Positions 9,439 through 18,673 of a DNA stretch of 64,000 nucleotides are shown one piece after another. Position 1 is the stretch's first letter; each line of letters begins with the position of its first letter. Below the pieces are notes generated by a model. It made no database searches. It was not told the DNA's origin and was given only the letters and a program-made list of their open reading frames with translations. The stretch comes from Candidatus Pacearchaeota archaeon (GTDB lineage Archaea; Nanobdellota; Nanobdellia; Pacearchaeales; GW2011-AR1): assembly GCA_018303995.1 (NCBI GenBank), contig JAGVXB010000002.1, positions 5,916 to 69,915 of the forward strand. Reading direction: 5' to 3'. The position numbers and the translations under genes are program-made.

Positions 9439-10341
9439 GTGATGGAAAAATCTGTTATTGATAAAATAATTAAGGCAGGCAAGATTGCTCAGGAGCTTCG
9501 TAGATATGCTCGCGAGATTGTTATAAAAGATAAACCTCTTTTTGAGATTGCTGATTTGATTGATAAAAAGATTTCATCTCTTGGGGCTAAACCTGCTTTT
9601 CCCGTTAATTTGAGTATGAATGAAATTGCTGCTCATTATACTCCTGTTTTTGGAGATTCGACTTTGGCTCACGGTTTGCTTAAAGTAGATATTGGAATTA
9701 GTGTTGATGGGTATATTGCAGATACTGCTTTTACTGTTGACCTTGAGGATTCTGAGGAGAATAGAAAATTAATTGAAGCAGCTGAGGCTGCTGTTTCTGC
9801 TTCTGTTTCGGCTTTTGCTGTTGGTAAAAGACTCACTGAAATAGGTGCTGAGATTAGCTCTGCGATTTCTAAACTTGGATTTAGTTCAATATCTAATTTA
9901 TCAGGGCATAGTATTGAACGCTTTGTTGTGCATGCTGGATGGACAGTTCCTAATTTTGATTCTGGACAGAAGGACGTTTTAGAAGAAGGACTTTATGCAA
10001 CGGAACCGTTTGCTACTAATGGGCTTGGTCGTGTTCGTGACGGTGGTAAGAGTGGGATTTATCGCGTTAATGTAGATTCTGGTGCTGGTGTGCGAGATAG
10101 GTTTGCTCGTGATGTTTTGGCGTGGATTGCTGATGAGTATAAGACTTTGCCTTTTGCTTCACGTTGGGTGCATGCTAAATTTGGAAGTCGAGGAATGCTT
10201 GCTTTGCGTCAGCTTGAACAGGCAGGAGTTTTATATCAGTATCCTCAATTAGTTGAAGTTAATGGCGGAAAGGTTGCTCAGGCGGAGCATACTGTTTTGC
10301 TTCTTGAAGACGGGACGAAGTATATTACGACGAGAGAATAA
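9439..10341 (+). CDS. map: methionine aminopeptidase, type 2 (archaeal)
   Basis: About 300 aa with the motifs NEIAAHYTP, DIGISVDGYIADTAFT, SGHSIERF and AEHTVLL. Confidence 0.9.
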   Translation: MMEKSVIDKIIKAGKIAQELRRYAREIVIKDKPLFEIADLIDKKISSLGAKPAFPVNLSMNEIAAHYTPVFGDSTLAHGLLKVDIGISVDGYIADTAFTVDLEDSEENRKLIEAAEAAVSASVSAFAVGKRLTEIGAEISSAISKLGFSSISNLSGHSIERFVVHAGWTVPNFDSGQKDVLEEGLYATEPFATNGLGRVRDGGKSGIYRVNVDSGAGVRDRFARDVLAWIADEYKTLPFASRWVHAKFGSRGMLALRQLEQAGVLYQYPQLVEVNGGKVAQAEHTVLLLEDGTKYITTRE

Positions 10342-10424
10342 ATAATTAGTTAATTGGCCATTCATGCTTTACTATAATAAATTATTTTCTATCTCATGAT
10401 TAATTATATAAACTGTAATTCTGT

Positions 10425-11630
10425 ATGGTTATTGTGGGGAAAGTGTACCTTTATTTAATTGTTTTATTGTTAATTACAGTTCCACTTGTATCGGCATTCT
10501 ATCCTCTTGATTGGATCAAATCATTTTTTGAAACTGAAGAAGACTCTTTCACGAAGATAATCAATCCAATAAATAACAGTATGTTAAATCAAGGAGATGA
10601 GATTGACATTGCGTGGGATACTTCAAGTTTTGTAATTGTTGAATATTCGATAACTGTAAATTTAATTAGGCTGGATGATGAAGGAAATGAAGTCTTTGGC
10701 ATAACGCTAGGACGCGAACTAAAAAAAAGGAGTCTAAAATGGAAGGTTCCAGAAGGCTTGACGGGAAATTTTGCAATTGTAGTAAAAACTAATGGGCAAG
10801 GAATCCATAGTTCAATGGACAAGGTATTTATAACAATAAAAGGAGAAGACAAAGATCCAATAATAAGATCAATAACTCCAGACAGAGGATCTCTTAGAGC
10901 AGTACCTAATATGGCTAATGATTTAGAAATTGAAAATAAGAATCAATTTTCTACGATAACTATTTCTGGAGAGAATTTTGCATCAAATGAATTAGGGCGT
11001 AATAATATAAAATTATATCCTGATTCAAAAGAAAATTATGATATTTATTTTACTTTAATTGAAGGTGCACCTCAAACTGAGAATCAACTAAATGTGCGAT
11101 TTATTGATGGACTAATCACAGAACTTGATTTAGAACCTGGAAAATATGAAGTATATATAGAAAATATTTTTGGGACAAGTAACAAAGTGCCATTGTATAT
11201 AGAAGAACCATCAACGCCTAAAGTAAAGAAGATTGTCTTTCCAGAAGAAAATTCAAAGCTTAAGATTGGAAGTACTTACGATATTGAATGGAAAAGTAGG
11301 AATATTGAAACAATTGATTACATCACTCTTATAGATCAGACTCCGAAGTGTCACCAAAGTACTTCAATACCAACCACCTCCAAGCCTAGAGGAGAAGAAA
11401 GTAATAGTCAAAACACAGGCAACAGTCAAAACACAGAAGTAACAAGTGAAGTATGTCTAACAAAGGGAATTATCTTATTTAAGAATGTAGAAAACACAGG
11501 ATCGGTAAAGTGGACAGTTCCAAAAATAGTAAAATATGAAAATATCGATCAAATGCAAATAATTCCTGGAAACGAATATAAGATTCGGATTGGAGATTTA
11601 GAATCTTCTTCATTTAAAATTATCGACTAG
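10425..11630 (+). CDS. secreted protein with repeated small beta-domains
   Basis: N-terminal signal/TM segment. Two similar modules are present (INPINNSMLNQGDEIDIAWDTS and VFPEENSKLKIGSTYDIEWKS), with an IPT-like middle segment. Confidence 0.5.
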   Translation: MVIVGKVYLYLIVLLLITVPLVSAFYPLDWIKSFFETEEDSFTKIINPINNSMLNQGDEIDIAWDTSSFVIVEYSITVNLIRLDDEGNEVFGITLGRELKKRSLKWKVPEGLTGNFAIVVKTNGQGIHSSMDKVFITIKGEDKDPIIRSITPDRGSLRAVPNMANDLEIENKNQFSTITISGENFASNELGRNNIKLYPDSKENYDIYFTLIEGAPQTENQLNVRFIDGLITELDLEPGKYEVYIENIFGTSNKVPLYIEEPSTPKVKKIVFPEENSKLKIGSTYDIEWKSRNIETIDYITLIDQTPKCHQSTSIPTTSKPRGEESNSQNTGNSQNTEVTSEVCLTKGIILFKNVENTGSVKWTVPKIVKYENIDQMQIIPGNEYKIRIGDLESSSFKIID

Positions 11631-11694
11631 TTGTTGAGCATATTAATATTAAGACAAGAGAGAATTAAATAACATTAAAAATAATTTATGCTAA

Positions 11695-14115
11695 TTAATT
11701 AGCGTAAAGAGGTCCTAATTCCAAGCCACCGATCTTAGCTTTCTTAAGATAATGTTCTTCTATCTTTTTATAACGTTTTGCTGTGTCTTCCGAGACTGAT
11801 GGTTTTACTTTGATTAGGGCTTCGTCGAAGTCTTTTACAGTTACTACTTTTGTATTTATGTTTTTTCTTAATGCAATTATTGCTGCTTCTCTTACGAAAC
11901 TTTCAATGTCTGCGCCTACGAAGCCTTCTGTTTTTTTGACTAGGTAGTGTATAATCTTGTCTTTGTCAGATAGGTCTTGGATGTTAATTAATTCATTTTT
12001 CTTTTTGATTTGTTCTTCTGGAGTGCCTGTTACTGTGATAGGATTTAATTTTATTTCTTTTCCGAAGTAGTTAATTATACTCATTATTTCATCTTTTGTT
12101 GGAACTATTGGCATTTTCTTTGTGTGGATGTCTAATATTTTTTCTCTACTTCTTGAGTCTGGAACATCTACTAGAAGTATTCTGTCAAAACGACCTGGCC
12201 TCATTAAAGCTGCGTCTAACATGTCTGGTCTGTTAGTTGCTCCTATAACGACGACGTTCTTTAAATCTTCAATGCCGTCCATTTCTGCGAGCATTTGATT
12301 TAGAACTCGCTCGGTAACTTTTGAACCCATTTCCATTCCTCTTTTTCCTGCTAATGCGTCTATTTCATCGAAAAAGATTACGCATGGAGACACTTGTCTT
12401 GCTCTTTCAAAAACTTTTCTTACTCCTTCTTCTGATTTTCCGACCCACATAGATAATAAAGATGGACCTTTAACGTTAATGAAATTAGCTTCAGATTCTT
12501 TTGCTACTGCTTTAGCTAGTAATGTTTTTCCAGTTCCTGGAGGTCCGTAGAGTAAGATTCCTCTTGGAGGTTTTATGCCTAAGCGTTCGAAACTTTCTCT
12601 GTGTTTTAGAGGCCATTCAACCGCTTCGCGTAATTCTTGTTTTATTGTGTCTAATCCGCCAATGTCTTCCCATGAAATATTTGGCATTTCAACTAAGACT
12701 TCTCTCATAGCGCTGGGTCTGACTACCTTTAGAGCTGCTTCGAAATCTTCTTTTCCTATAATCATTTTGTCTAGAGCTTCTTGAGGAATTTCTTTGTCTT
12801 CATCTAGATTTAAATCTGGAAGAGCTTTTCTTAAAACTCCCATTGCCGCTTCTTTTGCTAATGATTCTAGGTCTGCTCCGACGAAGCCGTGAGTTTTAGA
12901 CGCTAACTCGTCTAAATCAACGTCTTTTTTCATAGGCATTGCTCTTGTGTGAATTTTTAAAATATTTAGTCTGCCTTTTTTATCTGGGACAGATATTTCA
13001 ATTTCTCTGTCAAAACGGCCTGGGCGTCTTAGGGCTTGGTCTATAGAATTTATTCTGTTTGTTGCACCTATTACTATTACTTTGCCTCTTGAGTTTAGAC
13101 CGTCCATCATTGTTAATAATTGAGATACAACTCGGCGTTCTACTTCTCCTTGAGTTTCTTCTCTCTTTGAAGCGATTGCGTCTATTTCGTCAATGAAAAT
13201 AATCGAAGGTGCATTTTTTTCAGCTTCTTCGAAAATGTCTCTAATTTTTTTCTCTGACTCGCCGTAAAATTTACTCATTATTTCAGGACCGTTTAATAAA
13301 ATAAAATTTGCTTCAGATTCATTTGCTACTGCTTTAGCCAGGAGGGTTTTACCAGTTCCTGGAGAGCCGTGCAACAGAACGCCTTTTGGAGGTTCTATTC
13401 CTAAACGGTCGAATACTTCTGGGTGTTTTAACGGTAGCTCGACCATCTCTCGGATTTTATGTATTTCTTCTGTTAGTCCGCCAATGTCTTCATAAGTTAC
13501 TTCAGGGATTGAGTCTTCTTCTTCTACATTTGTTGCTTTTGGATTTACCGTCAATTCAGTGTCTTCAGTTATTACAATTGCTTGTGCTGGCGTAGTTGAT
13601 ATAATTTTAAATCTTATATTTTGGAAACCCATTCCGCCTCTGAATAAATCTTGTAAGTCTTCGAAAGCTTCGTTCATGTCGTGCATTAAGTCTCTTCTTC
13701 TTTGGGCTCCGCCTAGCGAGACTAGATCTCCTTTCATTGCTGCTCTGCCTAACAAACCGGATTTGAACGCTTCTGGATCTCCTTGGACTACTATCCCTGG
13801 TTGTGCTGGCGCGATTGTGACTTTTTTTGCTGGTTTAATTTGGGCTTTTCTTACAGTTACTTTTTCTCCTATTCCCGTTTTTGCGTTTTTTCTTGTTAAA
13901 CCATCGATACGAATTATGCCTTCCCCGATGTCTGCAGGATATGAGCGGTCTATTATTGCTACAGTTTCTCTTTCTCCTTGAATTGAGACTATGTCTCCTC
14001 GGTTTAAACCTAAAGCGCGCATTACTTCAGTGTCTATTCTGGCGATGCCTTTGTAAGCGTCGTCTTGTAACGCTTCTAGGACTTTCAATTTTATGAGTTT
14101 TGGTGGTTCTGGCAT
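11695..14115 (-). CDS. cdc48: CDC48/VAT-type AAA+ ATPase (two AAA domains)
   Basis: N-domain (LKVLEA...GDIVSI). There are two Walker A motifs ([16 protein letters not shown]), two Walker B motifs ([16 protein letters not shown]) and SRH motifs. Confidence 0.95.
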   Translation of the reverse strand: MPEPPKLIKLKVLEALQDDAYKGIARIDTEVMRALGLNRGDIVSIQGERETVAIIDRSYPADIGEGIIRIDGLTRKNAKTGIGEKVTVRKAQIKPAKKVTIAPAQPGIVVQGDPEAFKSGLLGRAAMKGDLVSLGGAQRRRDLMHDMNEAFEDLQDLFRGGMGFQNIRFKIISTTPAQAIVITEDTELTVNPKATNVEEEDSIPEVTYEDIGGLTEEIHKIREMVELPLKHPEVFDRLGIEPPKGVLLHGSPGTGKTLLAKAVANESEANFILLNGPEIMSKFYGESEKKIRDIFEEAEKNAPSIIFIDEIDAIASKREETQGEVERRVVSQLLTMMDGLNSRGKVIVIGATNRINSIDQALRRPGRFDREIEISVPDKKGRLNILKIHTRAMPMKKDVDLDELASKTHGFVGADLESLAKEAAMGVLRKALPDLNLDEDKEIPQEALDKMIIGKEDFEAALKVVRPSAMREVLVEMPNISWEDIGGLDTIKQELREAVEWPLKHRESFERLGIKPPRGILLYGPPGTGKTLLAKAVAKESEANFINVKGPSLLSMWVGKSEEGVRKVFERARQVSPCVIFFDEIDALAGKRGMEMGSKVTERVLNQMLAEMDGIEDLKNVVVIGATNRPDMLDAALMRPGRFDRILLVDVPDSRSREKILDIHTKKMPIVPTKDEIMSIINYFGKEIKLNPITVTGTPEEQIKKKNELINIQDLSDKDKIIHYLVKKTEGFVGADIESFVREAAIIALRKNINTKVVTVKDFDEALIKVKPSVSEDTAKRYKKIEEHYLKKAKIGGLELGPLYAN

Positions 14116-14163
14116 GTTATTTTTGTTTCTTTGTTTAGTTTATATATCTTGCTTAAAATCTTA

Positions 14164-14505
14164 TTAAAGTCCTCCAAACCTTAAACTTAGTCTATGCATG
14201 TCTTCGAAACATAATCTTACCATGTTGTCCATGGCTCTTTCTTGATGGTTTATGAAATTTATGATTTCTTTTGGAATGCTTATTGCGTGGCTGTTTCCTA
14301 TTATTCTTAGTTTTACGTTGTATGTTTTGTCTTTGATGTTGTTGAAATTATTCATGTTGTTTATGTCTGCTGGATGGATTATTTGTTCTTTACAATTTTT
14401 ACAAGATACCGCTCTTAATTCAAAACCGTTTTTGTTTATTAGGGATTTTTCCATTTTGCTATTGCAGTGTTTGCATAATATTGTGTTGTCAAATATATCT
14501 GTCAT
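14164..14505 (-). CDS. zinc-ribbon plus AbrB/SpoVT-like domain protein
   Basis: CKHC...CKNC ribbon followed by LRIIGNSHAISIPKEII (AbrB-fold signature). Confidence 0.5.
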   Translation of the reverse strand: MTDIFDNTILCKHCNSKMEKSLINKNGFELRAVSCKNCKEQIIHPADINNMNNFNNIKDKTYNVKLRIIGNSHAISIPKEIINFINHQERAMDNMVRLCFEDMHRLSLRFGGL

Positions 14506-14557
14506 GGTGTATCTTTTATGTATATACGGAAAGAGATATACTATTTAAACTTTATTG

Positions 14558-14626
14558 TTATATCAAAGTGTATCTTGATAGAACACTTTGAGTATCCAAA
14601 AAACTGAAATCAAAGTTTTTTTGATA
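14558..14626 (+). repeat. dispersed hairpin repeat, copy A
   Basis: TATCAAAGTGT...AACACTTTGAGTATCCAAAAAA...ATCAAAGTTTTTTTGATA. It shares the core with copies at 17241, 27431, 59102 and 63003. Confidence 0.8.
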
Positions 14627-14742
14627 AAGTTTAATCCTCAAATTTCTTTTTCTGCAGAAATTTTAGTTTTAAATGTTTTTGTTTTTATAAGCCTCTATTT
14701 CTTTTTGATTAGGTTTTTAAACATTCGAATTATAATAGTTGA

Positions 14743-15315
14743 GTGAATAAATTTTTGGTTAATATGAAGAGGTTTTGGACTTTTTTGAAACAAGATACTT
14801 GGCAGTCTTGGTTAGTTTCACTTGTTTTGGCTTTTGTTTTTATTAAGTTTCTATTTTTTCCTTTTTTGAGCTGGGTGTTTATGACGTCCCTGCCTCTCGT
14901 CGTTGTTGAATCGTGTTCGATGTATCATACTAGCGGATTTGATTCTTGGTGGGAGAGCAATGGAGTTTGGTATGAAGAACATGGAATAGATAAAGAAGAG
15001 TTTAGTAATTTGAATTTTAAGAATGGGTTAAATAAAGGAGATATAATTCTTGTTTCAGGTCGTGGGTCTTATAATCAAGGAGATGTTTTGATATTTAATT
15101 CTCAATATAAGTATCCTTTAATTCATAGGCTTGTTCGCGTTGAGCCGTATGACACTAAAGGAGATAATAATTTTGCTCAGTTGCCCGGGGAGTTAAATAT
15201 TGAGCCCGAGCAATTTGTCGGGAAGGCTATTGCGCGAGTTCCTGGAATAGGATGGATTAAGCTTATCTTCTTTGAAGGTTCTCGAGATCCTAGTCAGAGA
15301 GGATTTTGTAAGTAA
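14743..15315 (+). CDS. signal peptidase I, archaeal/SEC11 type
   Basis: N-terminal TM segment, catalytic-Ser region VVESCSMYHT, then GDIILV and IHRLV boxes. Confidence 0.7.
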   Translation: MNKFLVNMKRFWTFLKQDTWQSWLVSLVLAFVFIKFLFFPFLSWVFMTSLPLVVVESCSMYHTSGFDSWWESNGVWYEEHGIDKEEFSNLNFKNGLNKGDIILVSGRGSYNQGDVLIFNSQYKYPLIHRLVRVEPYDTKGDNNFAQLPGELNIEPEQFVGKAIARVPGIGWIKLIFFEGSRDPSQRGFCK

Positions 15316-15359
15316 TTTATCGCCTAAATAATTAAATATTAATATTTTCTTATATTGTT

Positions 15360-15617
15360 ATGGATAATTTGAAGTTTAATTTTAGTTCGAGATATTTTAT
15401 TCCTATTTTCGGGGTAAAAGATTATGTTTGCGATGTTAGTAAATATTATTCTCAGCTTTCAAGTAGAGGTCTTTCTGCAGATGACTTGGCTAATGAGTTT
15501 TCATGGAAAGGATGTGAGCATGATTTAAAAGAGACTTTGTATTTTGCTTATCAAACAATTGTTGCAGTAGCTTCGTCTGTTTTTATAGCTAAAGGTTTAG
15601 AAGCATTAACTTCTTAA
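15360..15617 (+). CDS. hypothetical protein (85 aa)
   Basis: ORF only. Confidence 0.3.
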   Translation: MDNLKFNFSSRYFIPIFGVKDYVCDVSKYYSQLSSRGLSADDLANEFSWKGCEHDLKETLYFAYQTIVAVASSVFIAKGLEALTS

Positions 15618-15673
15618 ATCTAAATATTCCATTTGAATTTCCATAACTGCGAAAGGTAGATAAAGATACTTAT

Positions 15674-16837
15674 TTGATGTTATTTATGCGGAGAGTGTTT
15701 TATTCAAGTATAGGGGTTTTATTATTATTATTTGGATTTCTGCTTTATATAGAATCTTTTCAAGATATAACTGGTAGAATTGTATCTTCAGGGGCAGATG
15801 AAGGAAATATAAGATTTGCAGGGATTTATTTTATATTTGCAGGAATGTTTTCTTTATTTTTGTCGATGAAGAGAAAGAAAGGTCAGGCAGCGATGGAGTT
15901 CTTGATGACATATGGGTGGGCAATTCTTGCAGCAATAGTTGCAATTGGAATGCTTGCATATATTGGAATTTTTAATTTTGATGGATTGGCTGGCAATAAT
16001 GGAATGATTGATCCACCGTTTTATTTGAGCGCTGAAAATGTAGAATTAAGTGGGGTAAATATTGAGTTGGCGAATGGTGCATCAGAGCCTTATGATATAA
16101 GTAAAGTTGAAGTTGAGGGATGTGGAGAATTTGGCGCTTCAATATCAATAGGTGCTGGAACATCTACTACTTTAAACTTGCCTTGTAATCTGACCGAGGG
16201 GAATTTTAAAGGATATATTAAAGTGTTTTACAAAAAGAAGGGGTCAAATTTAGAATTAATATCTAATGGTATAATTACAGGTCAGGCTACAGGAAATGTG
16301 AATTTAGTTCCTAATTGGCTAATGATAGGAGATACTGGGTGGGATAAAGATTCACCCGAAAAAACATTAGTATTAGATTATAATAATATAGAAGTTTATT
16401 CTCATGATAGTAGGGAGACTGATACTAAGAATTGTTATAATTGGGCCGGCACTTCTTTAATTCCTGCTGATTCAAATAAAGCTTATAAGTACAGTATTTG
16501 GATAAAGTCTACAGATACACTTATGGATAACTTTTTTGGATTTAATATTTATAATTCAGCTACTAATAAAATTGCCGGTGATTGGAGTAATCCTTATTTT
16601 AAGTCTGATGAGGGTGATTCAAATACATGGCAAAAATTTGAAGGATTTTTAGGTCCTAGTTCTTATGGGGGCGCTACTGGATGTGATTCTGATTCGACAA
16701 ATGGAGATGATTGGTGCATGGCAAGCAACACTGCTTATATGATAATGAGATTTGGGGGTTGTTATTCTGATGGTGATTCTACAGGACATACATATTTTAT
16801 TTACCCAAGAATTGAAGAGGTTTCATGGCCTCCATAA
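15674..16837 (+). CDS. archaeal type IV pilin-like protein (class III signal peptide) with a large C-terminal globular domain
   Basis: KKGQAAMEFLMTYGWAILAAIVAIGMLAY is a class III signal peptide / pilin N-terminus. An internal ATG at 15866 (MKRKKGQ...) would be the canonical start. Confidence 0.6.
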   Translation: MMLFMRRVFYSSIGVLLLLFGFLLYIESFQDITGRIVSSGADEGNIRFAGIYFIFAGMFSLFLSMKRKKGQAAMEFLMTYGWAILAAIVAIGMLAYIGIFNFDGLAGNNGMIDPPFYLSAENVELSGVNIELANGASEPYDISKVEVEGCGEFGASISIGAGTSTTLNLPCNLTEGNFKGYIKVFYKKKGSNLELISNGIITGQATGNVNLVPNWLMIGDTGWDKDSPEKTLVLDYNNIEVYSHDSRETDTKNCYNWAGTSLIPADSNKAYKYSIWIKSTDTLMDNFFGFNIYNSATNKIAGDWSNPYFKSDEGDSNTWQKFEGFLGPSSYGGATGCDSDSTNGDDWCMASNTAYMIMRFGGCYSDGDSTGHTYFIYPRIEEVSWPP

Positions 16838-16893
16838 TGTTAACCGAAAGGTTAATATACTTTTAAAAGGTGGATTATTAACTTTGAGGATAT

Positions 16894-17205
16894 ATGGAAT
16901 TTTGTTCTAAATGCGGAGGGATGTTGCTTGTTGAAGGAGATAAGGCTCCAGCTTGTGCTAAATGCGGTTATAAATTTAAGGGAAAATTAAAGATTCAGTC
17001 TTCTGAGAAGATAGCTGTCCCTGATAGGATTGCTGTTGTTGATGAGTCTAAGTTGAATACTTATCCGATTATAGAGATAAAGTGTCCTTCTTGTAAGCAA
17101 AAAGAAGCATATTTTTGGACGATGCAGACTCGTTCTTCCGATGAGTCAGAGACTAAGTTTTACAAGTGTGTGAAGTGCGAGCATACTTGGAGAACATATA
17201 GATAG
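16894..17205 (+). CDS. tfs: transcription factor S / RNA polymerase subunit M
   Basis: N-terminal CxxC...CxxC ribbon and C-terminal TFIIS-type ribbon with QTRSSDE and CVKCEHTW. Confidence 0.9.
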   Translation: MEFCSKCGGMLLVEGDKAPACAKCGYKFKGKLKIQSSEKIAVPDRIAVVDESKLNTYPIIEIKCPSCKQKEAYFWTMQTRSSDESETKFYKCVKCEHTWRTYR

Positions 17206-17240
17206 GTTGTTTTGATTTTTTTCTATTTTTCTAGGATAGC

Positions 17241-17384
17241 TAATCAAAAAAACATTTAGATGTTTTTTGGATGCATACAAAATCTATAAAAGATTTTGTT
17301 GCACAGAAGTTTGTCATTGTCAACAAACTTCTCGTGATCGAAGTGTTACTTCAAAGAGATTGAACTTTCAAACACTTCGACATG
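17241..17384 (-). repeat. dispersed hairpin repeat, copy E (expanded variant)
   Basis: On the + strand it reads TAATCAAAAAAACATTTAGA...TTTTTTGGATGCA...TCGAAGTGTTAC...AAACACTTCGACATG. The arm carries a compensatory change relative to the other copies. An insertion of about 70 bp has its own 10-bp hairpin (AGAAGTTTGT/ACAAACTTCT). Confidence 0.7.
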
Positions 17385-17433
17385 TTTAAAAAACCAGTTT
17401 TGTTTTGCTTTTAAGAGATTTATCTCTGACTAC

Positions 17434-17507
17434 GGCCTCGTAGCTCAGCCTGGTAGAGCACCGGCCTTTTAAGCCGGGTGTCGCGGGTCCAAATCCCGTC
17501 GGGGCCA
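17434..17507 (+). tRNA. tRNA-Lys (anticodon UUU)
   Basis: Hand-folded cloverleaf: acceptor GGCCTCG/CGGGGCC, D arm GCTC/GAGC, anticodon arm CCGGC-CTTTTAA-GCCGG, T arm GCGGG-TCCAAAT-CCCGT, discriminator A. No CCA is encoded. Confidence 0.9.
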
Positions 17508-17539
17508 GGGTGTCGCGGGTCCAAATCCCGTCGGGGCCA
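17476..17539 (+). repeat. perfect 32-bp tandem direct repeat covering the tRNA-Lys 3' end
   Basis: GGGTGTCGCGGGTCCAAATCCCGTCGGGGCCA occurs at 17476-17507 (inside the tRNA) and again at 17508-17539. Confidence 0.95.
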
Positions 17540-17730
17540 TTTTATGTCATGGATTTGGACACAAGAAAATCTTAGAGATTTTCTGTACAGCAAATTCTTC
17601 TTGAAAAGAATTTGCTTGCATCCAAAGATGAGCAAGTCCTCTTTGGCCCTCCAACTTTTACAAGATTGAGCATATCTTCATTCTCTCTTGCTGTGGACAT
17701 CCTCATCTGAAGATTGTGGTGTTCCTCGCT

Positions 17731-17759
17731 GCGGAGTATGAAGACCGTCGGGGCCATTT
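17731..17759 (+). repeat. degenerate third copy of the tRNA-Lys 3' end
   Basis: GCGGAGTATGAAGACCGTCGGGGCCATTT. The last 15 nt (CCGTCGGGGCCATTT) are identical to 17528-17542. Confidence 0.7.
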
Positions 17760-17926
17760 CACATTCCATAGCGAATATCCGAGCATGTGAGGATGGTTGA
17801 GCAAGAGAATGTGAAATTAAGTTCTTCGCAGTGAGTCTCCGAGCCTGTGAAAGAGTTTAAAGAGAGTTGAAAATTAATTCTATAAATTATTTAGAAAATT
17901 ATATAATCTTTTTTAAATGATAAATT

Positions 17927-18265
17927 GTGATGATTGGGTTGATTAGAGATAAAAAAGAGATAGATGAAATAATTACACAAAATATTAAGGGCAAGAAGCT
18001 GATTTTTACTCAAAATTTTGGGATTAGAAACGCTATGCGAGATATATCTGATGAAAGAGTGCTAGAAGTCTTTCCGCAATTTGATAAGGTATTTGCTATT
18101 GAGAAGAAATTATTGAAACTTGGAGATACAGGTTATGAGTTATTTTACAATTTAAGTAACAATATTACTTTTTCCATAGCAACTATTACAAAAAGAGGCA
18201 GTTTACTATTGATTCACGCGATTGAATATAAAAGAAGTTTGGGGAAGAGATTTAAAATTGGTTGA
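17927..18265 (+). CDS. hypothetical protein, possibly DUF4258-like
   Basis: FTQNFGIRNAMRDISDERVLEV resembles the H..RM..R.I motif of DUF4258 proteins. This is a weak call. Confidence 0.3.
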   Translation: MMIGLIRDKKEIDEIITQNIKGKKLIFTQNFGIRNAMRDISDERVLEVFPQFDKVFAIEKKLLKLGDTGYELFYNLSNNITFSIATITKRGSLLLIHAIEYKRSLGKRFKIG

Positions 18266-18605
18266 TTACTATCTGCTTATTTACAGGCATTTGAATGTTA
18301 TATGGCACTGCTATTGCTTTTTTGCCTGATTTTAGAATAAATGCAATAAGATAACCTTGTCTTATTTGTTTAAATGAAATCTCTACTTCTGTAAGATTTT
18401 GCAATATTGATGAATCTAGGCCTAAAGATTCTAAGTATTGTGAGGCATCTATCAATTCTATGTTGGCTACTTCATTATTTGTTGTGATGTCCAATATCAC
18501 ATTAAGTATTCTGATGCTTCCATATATTTTATCTGAATTATCTTTGCGAGAGATAAATAATCTGTCAGTCATATCTTCATAAATAAATGTGCATGTTTTT
18601 TTCAT
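18252..18605 (-). CDS. hypothetical protein, possibly DUF2283-like N-terminus
   Basis: YEDMTDRLFIS...ILDITTNNEVANIELIDAS resembles the DUF2283 pattern. It is convergent with 17927-18265 and overlaps it by 14 nt. Confidence 0.3.
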   Translation of the reverse strand: MKKTCTFIYEDMTDRLFISRKDNSDKIYGSIRILNVILDITTNNEVANIELIDASQYLESLGLDSSILQNLTEVEISFKQIRQGYLIAFILKSGKKAIAVPYNIQMPVNKQIVINQF

Positions 18606-18673
18606 ATTAATTATATGGCTATGCGTTTTATAATTCTTTTGATTGTCCTTTCAACCAATTTATATTTATACTT

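Noticed and set aside
11695-11715. I considered a C-terminal HbYX proteasome-docking motif on CDC48.
   Set aside because: The protein ends ...LGPLYAN. The Tyr is third from the end rather than penultimate, so the canonical motif is not present as such.
12522-14096. Five plus-strand ORFs of 62-140 aa inside the CDC48 gene (12522-12710, 12575-12784, 13386-13595, 13559-13981, 13881-14096).
   Set aside because: They are antisense to a full-length, motif-rich AAA+ gene. Their translations are low-complexity (L/S/F-rich), which is typical of shadow ORFs.
17420-17769. Three track ORFs (17420-17635 minus, 17478-17669 plus, 17572-17769 minus).
   Set aside because: They overlap tRNA-Lys, its duplicated 3' end and the non-coding hairpin region. 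Parts of the peptides are simply translated tRNA sequence.
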